Positions 39,990 to 53,366 of a stretch of 64,000 bases of DNA are shown piece after piece; within the stretch, counting starts at the first letter, position 1; each line of letters opens with the position of its first letter. Source of the DNA: Octopus vulgaris (taxonomy: Eukaryota); assembly GCA_951406725.2 (NCBI GenBank), contig OX597820.1, positions 31,434,001 through 31,498,000 on the forward strand, given 5' to 3'. The translations under genes and the position numbers were made by a program. The notes under the pieces are model-generated. The model saw only the letters and a list, made by a program, of their open reading frames with translations. It was not told the DNA's origin and did no database searches.

Positions 39990-40121
39990 GAAAATAAAAA
40001 TAAGAAATAAATGGAAATTTTACCAGTGAGTGTGTTACATTATAAGGAACAAAAAGAAAATTACTCTCCCCAGACACAACAGTATATATATACACACATA
40101 TATGCATATACTTACATGCAT

Positions 40122-40154
<33 letters not shown>

Positions 40155-40765
40155 AAAATCACCCACTGCACTCTGTAAAGTGGCTGGCATTAGAAAGGGC
40201 ACAAGCAGTAGAAACCATGTCAAAACAGACTATGGAACCTGGTGCAGCTCCTGTAAAAAACCATCCAACCCATGCTAGCATGGAAAACAGGAATTCAATG
40301 ATTATGTGTGTGTGTGTGTGTGTGTGCATATGACAGTTTTCTTTTCATGCCTGTCTACCATATTCACTCGTAAAGTTTTGGTCAGCCCAGAGACATAGTA
40401 TTCAATATTTTGCCTAAGGTGCCACACAGTGAGATGGAACCTGAAGCCACATGGTTGAGAAACAAGCTTCTTAACCACATAACTATACATGTGTGCCACG
40501 GCCAATTCTAATATTCTTTTCATGATACGGAATGTAATTTTATTGCAACCAATGAAAGCTATATGAGGATGAAGTTCACTTATAATCATCACAAGATGAG
40601 GGTACACTTAACCCTGTAGCATTTAAACTGGCCATATCCAGCCTCTCACACCTACCCTGTAACATCATTCTAAAAATAAACAATCACATCTTCAAAATCT
40701 CAAAGCTATGAGGTAATACGGGATTAGTTTTATAAAGTGTGAATATATAATACATTTGACAAAGT

Positions 40766-41104
40766 TCTGAAGGTGCATGGCTCAGTGGTTAGAGCGTCAA
40801 GCTTACGATCGTGAGGTTGTGAGTTCGAATCCTGGATCATGCTGTGTGTTGTGTTCTTGAGCAAGACACTTTATTTCACGTTGCTCCAGTTCACACAGCT
40901 GTAGAAACGAGTTACAACGTCACAGGTGCCAAGCTGTGTCAACCCCTTTGCCTTTCCCTTGGATAACATCGGTGGCATGGAGAGGGGACGCTGGAATGCA
41001 TGGGTGACTGCTGGACTTCCATAAACAACCTTGCCCGGACTTGTGCCTGGGAGGGTAACTTTCTAGGTGCAATCCCACGGTCAGTCATGACCAAAGGGGG
41101 TCTC
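40766..41104 (+). mobile_element. tRNA-headed SINE family C with CORE-like gtgttcttgagcaagacacttta block
   Basis: A box tggctcagtgg, B box gagttcgaatcc, exact 14-bp TSD acatttgacaaagt (40752-65 and 41105-18). Related heads with other tails at 3650-3975, 14075-14615 and 53490-53752 (-), and 23048-23325 and 41280-41520 (+). Confidence 0.85.
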
Positions 41105-42441
41105 ACATTTGACAAAGTAATCTGAATGTTAAAGAGTTAAACACACACCTACATAAGACACACACACACACACTCTCCTGAGAAAAGAAATCATGAATCT
41201 TTAAACTTAGGCACAGAGGTCCATGACTACCTGTAAAACAAGCATAGCATGTGAAAAGAGAGGTATTATTGAAATACGTGGAGGCACATGGCTTAGTTGT
41301 AAGGGTGTTGTACTCATGAGCAGAAGATTATGGTTTCAATTCATGGACTGGGCAACACATAGTGTTCTTGAACAAAACACTTCATTTTGCATTGGCCCAG
41401 TCCACTCATCTGACAAATATGAGTAATCCTGTGATAGACCATTGTCCCATCCAGGAGGAGAACATAAACATCACAGAATCCTGGGAACTGGCCTTATGAG
41501 CCTTTGGCTCAGGACGGACCTCTAATCATCATCATCATTGTTTAATGCCAGCTTTCCATGCTAGCATGGGTTGGACGATTTGACTGAAGTCTGGTGAACC
41601 AGATGGCTGCACCAGACTCCAATCTGATCTGGCAGAGTTTCTACACCAACCACTTCCTAACCACTCCGAGAGTGTAGTGGGTGCTTTTACATGCTACCGG
41701 CACGAGGGCCAGTCAGACAGTATTGGCAACGGCCATGCTCAAATGGTGCTTTTTATGTGCCACCTGCACAGGAGCCACTTTTTTAATTACTGGTATGTAT
41801 TTTCATTCATGCCCTTGTTCCATCAATACAGTGAGAGGCAAAAATTGCTTCCCCTCTAACGAAATGTCTTGATATAAACTCATAAATTTGATTAATTAAA
41901 CATTACTGCTGAAGATAACCTAACAATGACAGCCAGGAGAATTTTGTTTTTGATTTTTTTTTGTTTTAGCTATCATTGTTACTTTCGATGTTACCAAACA
42001 ACTTTTAAGTGTACAAGTATTTTGTTTGTATTTGCAATTTGTTTTGGCATGGAGATTATAATCTGATGTTGTTGTTTAGTTCTAGTGAACTCTTTTGGAG
42101 AACTAAGGCTTGTTTTGTTTTATTCATTTACTTAGCATCTGTTTTTCCATGTCACTATGAGTTGGATAAATACTTATTACTGAGGCATTGTTTTTTTTTC
42201 TTTTTTTTTTCTTTACAGTGCAGGTATGACTGTAAGAAATTTGCTTCCCAAATCACATGGTTTTGGGTTTAGTCCCACCACATGGCACCTTGAGTAAGTG
42301 TCTTCTATATCTCTGGAGTCAGCCAAAGCCTTATGATGGATGTGGCAGACAGAAACTGAAAGAAGTCTGTCTTACATACTCACACACAATATATATAAGG
42401 CACAGAATTAAGCATTCATGCAGATGCATACATACACAAAT

Positions 42442-42478
<37 letters not shown>

Positions 42479-44896
42479 TACATACCTACAAACAAACAAA
42501 CAAACAAATACACATGCCTACATATCTATTGATTCACTAGAAGTAATAAATTACAACGGACAGAGTCAAGACTCTTGAAAAGGTTGCAAGACGCAACGGA
42601 AATTTTAGGAAAATAAAAATAAGACATATGTGGAAATTTTACCGGTGTGTGTGTTACATTATAAGGCACAAAAAGAAAATGACTCTCCCCAGACACAACA
42701 GAATATGCTTCAACACACGAACTCATATAAAGAATCTTGCAAACCAAATCCAAAAACGAAATAAGTTACAAGACTCAATACAAATGTAGAGCAGTCATTA
42801 ATACATCATAACTGAAAGGCTCCTATATCCTGTACTCTGAGTTACTCATTTCAGATCAACAGTTAGCAATCCAGGCCTGTTTTTTTATTTTTTTAAAAAT
42901 ATTCATTGTTTGAATATTTTTTGAAATATGAAATGAAATTTTGAAGAAAATGCTTATCTGTAAGTTCTTTTGTTTAAAAAGAACCTTGTGAGCCACATGT
43001 ACAAAAAATGGTTGCTTCAAGCGCATGCTTCTGACTTCATTTCTGGTTCTTGTGGGAATATTCTAAATGTTTTACACTTCATATGAGCAAATTCACTCTA
43101 ATAACTTCTGCCATGAAATTGTGTTGTATAATGCTTTAAGTAATAGGAGCATGTTTTGAAAGTGTGGTAGCCAGAATAAGAACTGAGCTTTTATAAATTG
43201 TATTTTGTCTTAATAACAACAGGGGAAAATACTTACTGCAATATAGCGCTTGTGAAACTAGATTTAGAAGTAAGATATTATAGATCAAAGTATTATAGAT
43301 CAAATTGCGATTCTATTGTGATTTGAATAATTATTTCTACTCTAGGCACAAGGCCTTGAAAATTTTTGGGGAAAGGGGGCTCATTGTTTACATCGACCCC
43401 AGTGCGTAACTGGTACATATTTCATCGACTCTGAAAGGATGAAAGGCAAAGTCAACCTTGGCAGAATTTGAACTCAGAACGTAAAGACAGATGAAATACC
43501 TATTTCTTTACTATCCACAGGGGCTAAACACAGAGAGGACAAACAAGGACAGACAAACGGATTAAGTCGATTACATCAACCCCAGTGCGTAACTGGTACT
43601 TATTTAATCGACCCCGAAAGGATGAAAGGCAAAGTCGACCTCGGCGGAATTTGAACTCAGAACGTAGCGGCAGACAAAATACCGCTAAGCATTTTGCCTA
43701 ACAATTCTGCCAGCTTACCCCTCTTGTGGCCTGAATAATATATCTACTAAATAGGTCTATTTCAACATACCCAACCATCCCTTTGTATATGAACTGGTCA
43801 ATTAAAATATAGGTGTGGGAGGCACTATGCATGAATGACTGAAACAAGTAAAAGGTAAAAAACACCATAGCATTTGTAATACTGTCTCAGATTCTGTTTT
43901 CTCTGGTTCAGAGTAGTACTCTACTCACCCTTCCATCGAATTGCCCTTGTCTTTAATGTTATTACCTTGTTATCGTTTTCCACAGTGCTGTCTTACTCAG
44001 AACTGCATCAAGAGCTTTTTTGCTTCCTTTACACGTTCCCTGAAAGTTAACTATATCAAACGATAGTGAAATGCTTTCACATCATTGTAGTTAGCAGTCA
44101 TTTACACACTACTCAGCTAGTTCCTGAGACTCACTTCTTGCTTCCCTCAGCACATGTAGAGTTGCCTGAGTGGGCCAGTGTTTGTGCTCTAGCACTGTAG
44201 AACACTTTTAACTCAACGACAGCAATGACTTTACTTGAACTCATTTCAAACTAGTCCAGTGACTTCTCCATCCTCCCCCACTACCATTACCACAACCACC
44301 CCAAAGTGTAATGTTGTGGTCAGTATATCTCGCAATTGGCAAGCTGGCAGAAACAGCACGCTGGGCGAAATGCATAGCCGTATTTTGTCTGCCGTTACGT
44401 TCTGAGTTCAAATTCCGTCGAGGTCGATTTTGTCTTTCATCCTTTCGGGGTCGAGTAAATAAGTACCAGTTACGCACTGGGGTCGATATAATCGACTTAA
44501 TCCGTTTGTCTGTCCTTGTTTGTCCCCTATGTGTTTAGCACCTTGAGGGTAGTAAAGAAAAAGGTATTTTGTCTTCCGCTACGGTCGATTTTGCCTTTCA
44601 TCCTTTCGGGGTCGATTAAGTAAGTACCAGTTACGCACTGGGGTCGATATAATCGACTTAATCCGTTTGTCTGTCCTTGTTTGTCCTCTCTGTGTTTAGC
44701 CCCTTGTGGGTAGCAAAGAAATAGGTCAGTATATCTGAGAGTCCCATCTCAGCTGAGTTATCTCCTCCTGGTGAGTCTGCTTGACGAACGTCCTTTAATG
44801 ATGTGACATGATAAACCCCACTGCTTTGTCTGGGTGTTGGTCAGTCACAATGGCGTCAGTGCACTGCTTGCCTGGAGGCTTTGCCATAACCCATAC

Positions 44897-44933
<37 letters not shown>

Positions 44934-44997
44934 ATACATGTGTGTATGTGTGTGTGTGCTCGTGTGTCTCAATACATTTTTATGTGTACATGTGTAC

Positions 44998-45031
<34 letters not shown>

Positions 45032-45469
45032 TTGTATGACTGTATATAAACCATTGCATGGAACATTTAGTCAAAAAAGGAAGTGTAACAATTTACACTA
45101 AGTATATCAGATAAACTCAATCCACACAAATCCTAATTTCATTGCTAATCCAAACACCAAATTTATATACTCATTCCTATGGAAATAAATCGATCTTAAT
45201 GTGTGCACATGTATGGTGGTGAGGGTTGGCATAAGGGGTTGGGTTAATCTACACACACACACATACATACACACACATGCACATTCATATTAATAGTCTT
45301 TCAAGAATTAAAGACTATGTACATATGAATACAGACACAAAAATGTGTGTGTGTGTGCGTATGTGTACGTGTGTGTGCGTATGTGTACGTGTGTGTCTGT
45401 GTGGGTGCATGCATAAGCAAGGAAGATCATAGTTAACATACATCCAAATAGAAACATACATGCATGCAT

Positions 45470-45502
<33 letters not shown>

Positions 45503-45900
45503 TTAAACATCATGTGTGTGTAGGTGCATGTATAAAACAGATATAAGGGTGTGTACATATGCTGCAAGTGAAAGTTAATTTACTTATAGACAGGAACTCT
45601 TTCTCTTTCTATTTCTCTCTCTCACACACACACACTCACACATACACAGACACACTCACAAGTAGTGTCTAAAGAAATAAAATCTACACAGATAATATGC
45701 ACAAAGGTGTGTATATGTGTGCTTACGTTTGAGAGCATGTGTTAAAGTGGGGAGCTAATCCACACACACACACACACAAACATACACATACTCACACAAG
45801 CAATGTAAGGAAGTAAAGACATCGTTTTATGCACCAATGTAACGAGAACCGTGTGTGGTGTGTTGGACAGTGGAGGAGGAGAATAATCCACATGCTCACA

Positions 45901-45931
<31 letters not shown>

Positions 45932-46324
45932 TACACATGCATGCACACACACACACACATTTGTGTCTGTACATATATGCACATAGTTTTTAACTTGCAC
46001 AAACACACACACACACACACAGATGCAGCGGAATCATATAAAAAGTATGCATATGCATGTTAGAGGTTAATCCGCATACTCACTTACGGACAAATGCATG
46101 TGCACACACATACACACACAATATACACACTCACACATCCACTCTAAAAAAAGAGCCACGTGCACACATATAATGTGCACAGACATAAAGATGTGTGTGT
46201 GTGTGTGTAATGACTACATCTATAATTAAAAATGTACAAACAAATTTGAAAACTGGATCATAGTGGGAGGAAAGCAGAGGCAGATACACACACACACACA
46301 CATACATACATATATACAGATATA

Positions 46325-47513
46325 TCTCTCTATATATAAAACTAAGAATGTGTGTCTGTCTGTTTGTGTGTTTCCCTAAAACCTGAGAACTACACAACCA
46401 ATTTCATTCAAATTTTACACATGCCTTACTTGGGGTCCGAGGAGTGTCATCGGCAAAATTTTTTAACTTTTTGCCTAGGGCAAGCCCACAGCAATATCAT
46501 ATCTTCTCCACTATGATTCCCTAAAACTTGAGAACTATACAACCAATTTAATTCAAATTTTACACATGCCTTACTTAGGGTCCATGTACTTTCATGGGCA
46601 AAAAAAAAATGTTCAACTTCTTGCCTAGAACGAGCCCATAGCAATATCATATCTTCTCCACTATTTCAGTATTACGTGTTAAAAGTGAAACAAAAACATT
46701 TCTCTATTCTATGTCAGATACTTTCACTTTAACAATAAAAATAATAACAATTGAATTATATGTAGAAAGTAATAATTAAAATCAAACTAAAGTATAATAT
46801 AATTGTAACATAACAAAAGTAAAAATAGCAATTGGTATAAAATTGCATCAATGACTTGAATTTGAATAAGTGGTTTCACATGAATGGGAATAAATTAAAA
46901 ATAAAATTAGCATGCAGAAATGGAATAGTCCAGATGGATAATAAAAAATTAAATTAAAGAAAAGACTATTGTCTATAAAGTATACAATGTAGAGAAAAAA
47001 GAAGATTTGAACACCTGGAGGAAAGCACCATCGAAAAGTGTCTTGGTGCGACTATGAAAGATATCCAACCAGAGACGGTAAATTTGCCACAATAGAAGTA
47101 AGGTTCGAGTCAACGGAGCGTGTAAGGGAGTACTCGACTCGAACTTGCAAAGTGGAAATATTTTATTTTTACCTTTATATCTGGGACGTAGGATGTGCCG
47201 GATAAAAATTTTAAATGCCCCCCCCCCCCCCACCTCCCCCAGAAGTTGAGGTAGGCTGGATTGTAGCCACACTTCTATACAAGAGGGAGGACAAGATACA
47301 ATTGATCGAAATTGCAAGAGATGGGCTTATAATTCCAGTCTGTTATATATTCTGAGTATTGTTATCTGAGTATTATATCAAGATATAACTTTGTATTTTG
47401 TATTTTATGTGTAGATGTATATATATAGATGTACATGTAATATGTACACATATATATACACATATATACATGCACTAGCACTATGACCCGGCAACGACGG
47501 GTCATAATGCTAG
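46325..47513 (+). mobile_element. Non-autonomous Helitron with internal ~143-bp tandem duplication
   Basis: 5' A|TCtctctatatataaaa + (gtct)n. Duplicated block about 46374-46515 and 46519-46665. 3' hairpin atgacccg-gcaacga-cgggtcat then CTAG|T at 47510-47514. Confidence 0.7.
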
Positions 47514-48120
47514 TATATATATAAAAAGGGAGAGAGACAGAGAGAGAGAGAAGCAGACAGACAGAGATGCAGGGATTGTTTTGATGCATCCTGCATTGAT
47601 CCCACAAGCGTGGGATATTGTATGACCAGCTCTATCATTTCTTATATGCTCAATGAACATCATACATTGAGGAATTCCTGATGTAGATCCAATGATGATT
47701 ATATTGACACCGTGGATGACATCAGGTAAACATGGGCAGTGAATGTGCTTCATCAGCATACTAGGAATAACCCAACACTTGAATATATATACATAGTAAA
47801 TATATGTTATCATCATCATCATCATCATCATCATCGTTTAACGGCCACTTTCCATGCTAGCATGGGTTGAACAGTTTTGACTGAGGGCTGGCAACCAGAT
47901 GGCTGCACCAGGCTCCAGTCTTGATCTGGCAGAGTTTCTACAGCTGGATGCCCTTCCTAACGCCAACCACTCCGAGAGTGTAGTGGGTGCTTTTTACGTG
48001 CCACATATATGCACATAATCTTTAATACAAACACACAAACACAATAATATAGTCATTTGATCTCTTTACTTCTCACATGAACAGGCATACGAGAAGTAAA
48101 GAGATGAAATGACTATATTA

Positions 48121-49403
48121 TTGGGTCATCCGGAAAGTTTGTGCCAATTTTTAAAGGGAAGAAAAAGGTCAATAAATACTTGCCATTACATTTTTAATCA
48201 ACCAAATATGAACCATTTTGTTGCACAATGCCTCTCCATCTTTCCTTTAACTTGAAAATACCCTCTTCCCAGAATTGAGGTGGTTTCATGGCAAAGAATT
48301 CATCAATATATCTTTTTATATCATCCAAGGAATTGAAATTTTTACCATTAAGACTATTCTGCAGAGACCTGAATAAGTGGAAATCCGAAGGAGCAATATC
48401 TGGTAAATATGGAGGGTGGGGCAACACATCCCAGCCAAGCTGTAGCAATTTTTGGCTGGTTCCCAAAGAAACAGGCAGTTTTGCATTATCATGTTGGTAA
48501 ACAACACCCTTCCTGTTGGCCAATACTGAAAGTTTTCTTGAATTGCTGCTTTTAACTCGTCCAGTTGTATGCAGTATTTCTCAGAATTAATTGTCTAGTT
48601 ACTTGGGAGAAGCTCATAGTACAGAATTCCTTTTCAATCCCACCAGACACAAAGCAAGACTTTTTTAGGGTAAAGACCCACTTTTGGGGTGGCTAAGGGT
48701 GGCTCATGTCGCTTACTCCAGGATCGCTTTTTCTGAACATTTCGGTAGATAATCCATTTCTCATCACCGGTCACAATTTGCTTTAAAAAAGGCACGTTTT
48801 CATTCCGTTTATAAAGCGAATCACAGATGGAAATGCAATCCAAAAGGTTCTTCTCACTCAACTCATATGGTACCCAAACATCATAGCGATTTCTGTATCT
48901 AAGCTTTATCAGGTGCTTATGAATGACGGATTTTGATAGGTTAAGGCTTTCTGCCAATTCTCAAGTTGTGCATTGTGGGTTATTCTCAATTAATGACTTG
49001 ATTTGGTCATCATCTGTAGTGGATGGTCTGCCTGATCGCTCTTTATCAATAAGGCTACAATCTCCAGCTTGGAACCTTGTGAACCACTTCCATACAGTTC
49101 TTTCAGATAAAGAAATATTATTGTAAACTGCATATATTTCTTTGGTTGCTTGTGGGGCATTTTTCCCTTTATGGAGAAAGAAAAGCATCAAGTGCCGAAA
49201 ATGAACTTTCATATCTTCCATTTTAAAGGGTTACAGAATTAACACAGATTATAAGAAGATAAACCTTCTTCCACGAAAGAAAAGCTTAAACTGTGCTCTA
49301 AATGGCAGTGTAGTCAAATCCTATTTTATGGACTCAACCATGTTCTGAAATAAATCAAAAGGTAAGCTACTATAAATCGGCACAAACTTTCTGGACAACC
49401 CAA
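48121..49403 (-). mobile_element. Full-length mariner (Tc1/mariner, DD34D type) DNA transposon, transposase disrupted
   Basis: TIRs ttgggtcatccggaaagtttgtgccaattt and aaatcggcacaaactttctggacaacccaa, with TA at 48119-20 and 49404-05. ORF pieces 49221-48194 contain ERSGRP, WVPYEL, IVTGDEKW, HDNA and PPYLPDIAPSDFHLF. Confidence 0.95.
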
Positions 49404-50659
49404 TACATAAATTCACTTATCTATATTAGTTTATAGCTAATATTAGTTTAAATTTTGGTACAAAGCCAGCAATTTTGGGCAAGGGGTTAAGCTGATTACA
49501 TTGACCCAAGTTTGTTAAGGTTATTTCTACAGATATCCCACACAAATTATAGCCAACACTGATTTTTGCTACTATATTTCGTATACAAGATGTCAGATGT
49601 AAACAAACAATGAGATCAAGGATGAAAAATGGGTAATGGGTGTATGTGCCAAATTTTGGTGGGTGTTTGCCCCTTCATCACCCCCATCTAATCCATTAAT
49701 CATCTTCAAATACATTGCTTAAACAGTCACTATATATATAGCAGTGTAATATACTTTATGGTTTATTTTGGTTGCATAACGAAATACCATGTACGTACAA
49801 ATCATTAGTTATTTCTTTACTGCCCACAAGGGGCTAAACATAGAAGGGACAAACAAGGACAGAGGGATTAAGTCGATTACATCAACCCCAGAGCATAACT
49901 GGTACTTAATTTATTGACCCCGAAAGGATGAAAGGCAAAGTCGACCTTGGCGGAATTTGAACTCACAACGTAACAGCAGACGAAATACCGCTAAGCATTT
50001 TGCCTGGCATGCTAACAATTCTGCCAGCTTGCCTACAAATCATTAATATCACCCCAAGTGTTCAATTGGTACTTGTTGTATCAACCCCAAAAGGAGGAAA
50101 GGCAAAATCAACCCTGGTAGAATTTGAACTGAGGATGTGAAGATGGATAAAAAAACAGCAGTTTTTTTCCAGCTGCTAACGATTCTGTCAGTGTTTGAAA
50201 ACATATAAGAATCACAGATATGGTATAGCCTTGAGTTGACATTAAAGGTCATCAAAACCAAGCAGATATGTTCTCAGTTAAGTGAGATAAAAGCAGATAA
50301 ACCTTTTATCTCCTTTTATCTCACTTAACTGACAAAATATCTGCTTGGTCTTGATGCCTCACGAGTGAAACTCAGAGTAGTAAGAGACTCACTTGAACAA
50401 ACTAATACACACACACACTCATATTCGTTTATTTATTCTTTCATTCTTTTATTTGTTTCAGTCATTTGACTGCGGCCATGCTGGAGCACCTTCTTAAAGG
50501 GTTTTAGCCGAAGAAAAGGACTCCAGGACTTATTCTTTGTAAACCAAGTACTTATTCTACCAATCTCTTTTGCTGAACAGCTAATGTTACAGGGATGTAA
50601 ACACACCGATATCGGTTGTCAAGCAATGGTGGTGGGGATAAACACAGACACACATATGA

Positions 50660-50700
<41 letters not shown>

Positions 50701-51421
50701 TGGCTTCTTTCAGTTTCTTTCTACCAAATCCACTCATAAGGCTTAGGTTGGCTCAAGGCTATGGTAGAAGACAGTTGCCTAGGGTGCCATGCAATGGGAC
50801 TGAACCCGGAACCATGTGGTTGGGAAGCAAGCTTCTTACCACAAAGCCACGCAAGCACCTATTTATATATAGGTGAAGGTGTGGTTTGTGGTAAGAAGCT
50901 TACTTCACAATAGCTACATTGTCCTGGGTTCAATTCCACTGCACAGCAACTTGGAACATTGCAGCAGACGAAATACTTATTTCTTTACTACCCACAAGGG
51001 GCTAAACACCTTGGGCCAGTGTCATTTGTTATAGCCTCGGGCCAACCAAAGCCATAAAGCATTATGAATGGATCTAGTAGACAGAAACAGCAAGAAGCCC
51101 AAAATATGTATGTATGTATGTATGTATGTATTCATGTATATATATATATATATGAAAGAAAAAAGGTGTTCAGAATGCTGGATGGTTGTAAAAATATATA
51201 TTTATTTACATATCACATATTATTTCTTCATATTAGCACTTTCAACTACTACTGTAGTTTAATCAGAAACTACAGGAGTAGTTGAAAGTGCTAAAAGAAG
51301 AAATAATATGTGATATGTAAATAAATATATATTTTTACAACCATCCAGCATTCTGAACACCTTTTTTCTTTCATATGTATTAAATCTGTACATCACCCCT
51401 AATACTTCTAACATATATATG

Positions 51422-51467
<46 letters not shown>

Positions 51468-51595
51468 TAAAAAAATGGAGTTAACGCAGGTGTAATCAAA
51501 TATTTTTACTTTCGACACATGTTTCGAAAATTCCACTGATACTATTTATTTATTTTTTCCGTGTTAATTGTTAACAAGGTAAAAATACACTCATC

Positions 51596-51649
<54 letters not shown>

Positions 51650-52950
51650 AGAAGTGTGTGCCTGTGTATGTGTGTTTATACATATATATACACACACAGA
51701 TACATGCATATATATTTACCCACACATACATGCACAGAAAGAGGCATGGAGAGAGAGAGAGAGAGAGAGAGATTAAGACAGAGACAAAGTCAGAGAGTTA
51801 AACATAGGTATAAACCAGTTATGTTTCAATTGGTTGTCAGTGAATGTTTCAATACATTACTAAGAATGAAAAACAGATTTATTGAGTTAAACTGTTAAGA
51901 AGATTTGTTGATCAAGGCTGACATAGCCTCATTAACGATGACAACCTGATGTAGACTATCAATACCTGCATTTGCTTTTTTTGACACCGCCATCACTGCC
52001 ACCACCACCATCACCAATATCCTTCACATGCTGCCACTACACTCAACGTTTTCTTTCTTAATATCACCACCATCAACACCTTCACCACTACCACCACCAC
52101 CATCACCACTACCATCATCCTTAACACTTCCACAAAACATTGAATGAAACACTGACTTGGCCTCTATGTGGCAGATTGACCTTCAAGAAATGGTAGCCAA
52201 ATCTCCATCAAGCTCATGGGTAAGGACACATTGGATAAAGCATTTCTAGATCTGGTAAAGGTTTATAAGTGGATTTGGTAAATGAAAACTGAAAAGAAGC
52301 CCATTGTATATAACAGATAGATAGATAGGTAGGTAGGTAGGTATGAAAGTAATATAGATAGGCAAGTGCGAACATACAAACACACAAAAGGAGACAGAAA
52401 CACATAACCATATATACACACACACACACTCCACACACACAGGCACATACGGATACACATCCATACATAACGGACACATGCACATAATCACACATAGACA
52501 TACTCAAACAGGCACATGCAGGGAAGCAGAGGTATACACACAAATGCACACACATACATACATACACACATACAATCATGTACATACACACACACACAAA
52601 CACAGGAATATACAGAATACACACACACACACATATATATATATGTACATACGTGCAAACATACACACATACACATGCATACATACATACACATGCATAC
52701 ATACATACATGCATGCATACACACATACATACATATGTGCATACACAAGCACACACACGTGCATAACAGGATCTCAAATAAACCAAAGGAATGCAGTTCT
52801 GATAGCAGAGTTGATATCCATTGAAATGGTTGCAAAAGCAATGAAAATTTTAGAAAACACACAAAAAAAAAATTATAATAAATGAGTGGAAACTGAACCA
52901 GTGAGTGTGTTAGATATTAATGCAGTATTACTCTCCCCAGACACAACAAT

Positions 52951-52992
<42 letters not shown>

Positions 52993-53332
52993 GGATAGAT
53001 GGATGGATGGATGGATGGATGGATGGATGGATGGATGGATGTCCTTAAAAATGTTACAGCCTGAAATCTGCGGCCATGCTGGGGCACCACTGTTGAATGA
53101 GCTACACTGGTATGTGAAATCACCTGATACGTGGCACTTGGTCAACAAGGAAGTTCGACGCCGATGCCCGCATCTGTGTTTCCTGCCAAGAGGTAGGTTC
53201 ATCTGGAACCCCTGACAAGAAGAGATCCAGTTTAGTTTTAAAGAAACCCACATATGTATATTCAAAATGTAACATGTGAATCATTGGCAATTTTTTTTCC
53301 TCCGTCTTCCTTTTCTATTGGAGTTTCCTCTA

Positions 53333-53366
53333 TTTCTGAAGAAGAGCTTTGCTCGAAACGTTAAAC
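53333..53366 (+). ncRNA. Minimal type I hammerhead motif; decayed relative at 15428-15462 (-)
   Basis: TTT-CTGAAGA-A-GAGC-TTT-GCTC-GAAA-CG-T-T-AAA, with palindromic ACGT as stem III. Confidence 0.65.

Noticed and set aside
40772-40845. tRNA gene (Val-TAC-like loop cttacga)
   Set aside because: Acceptor and anticodon stems do not pair, and the sequence continues into a SINE body bounded by a 14-bp TSD.
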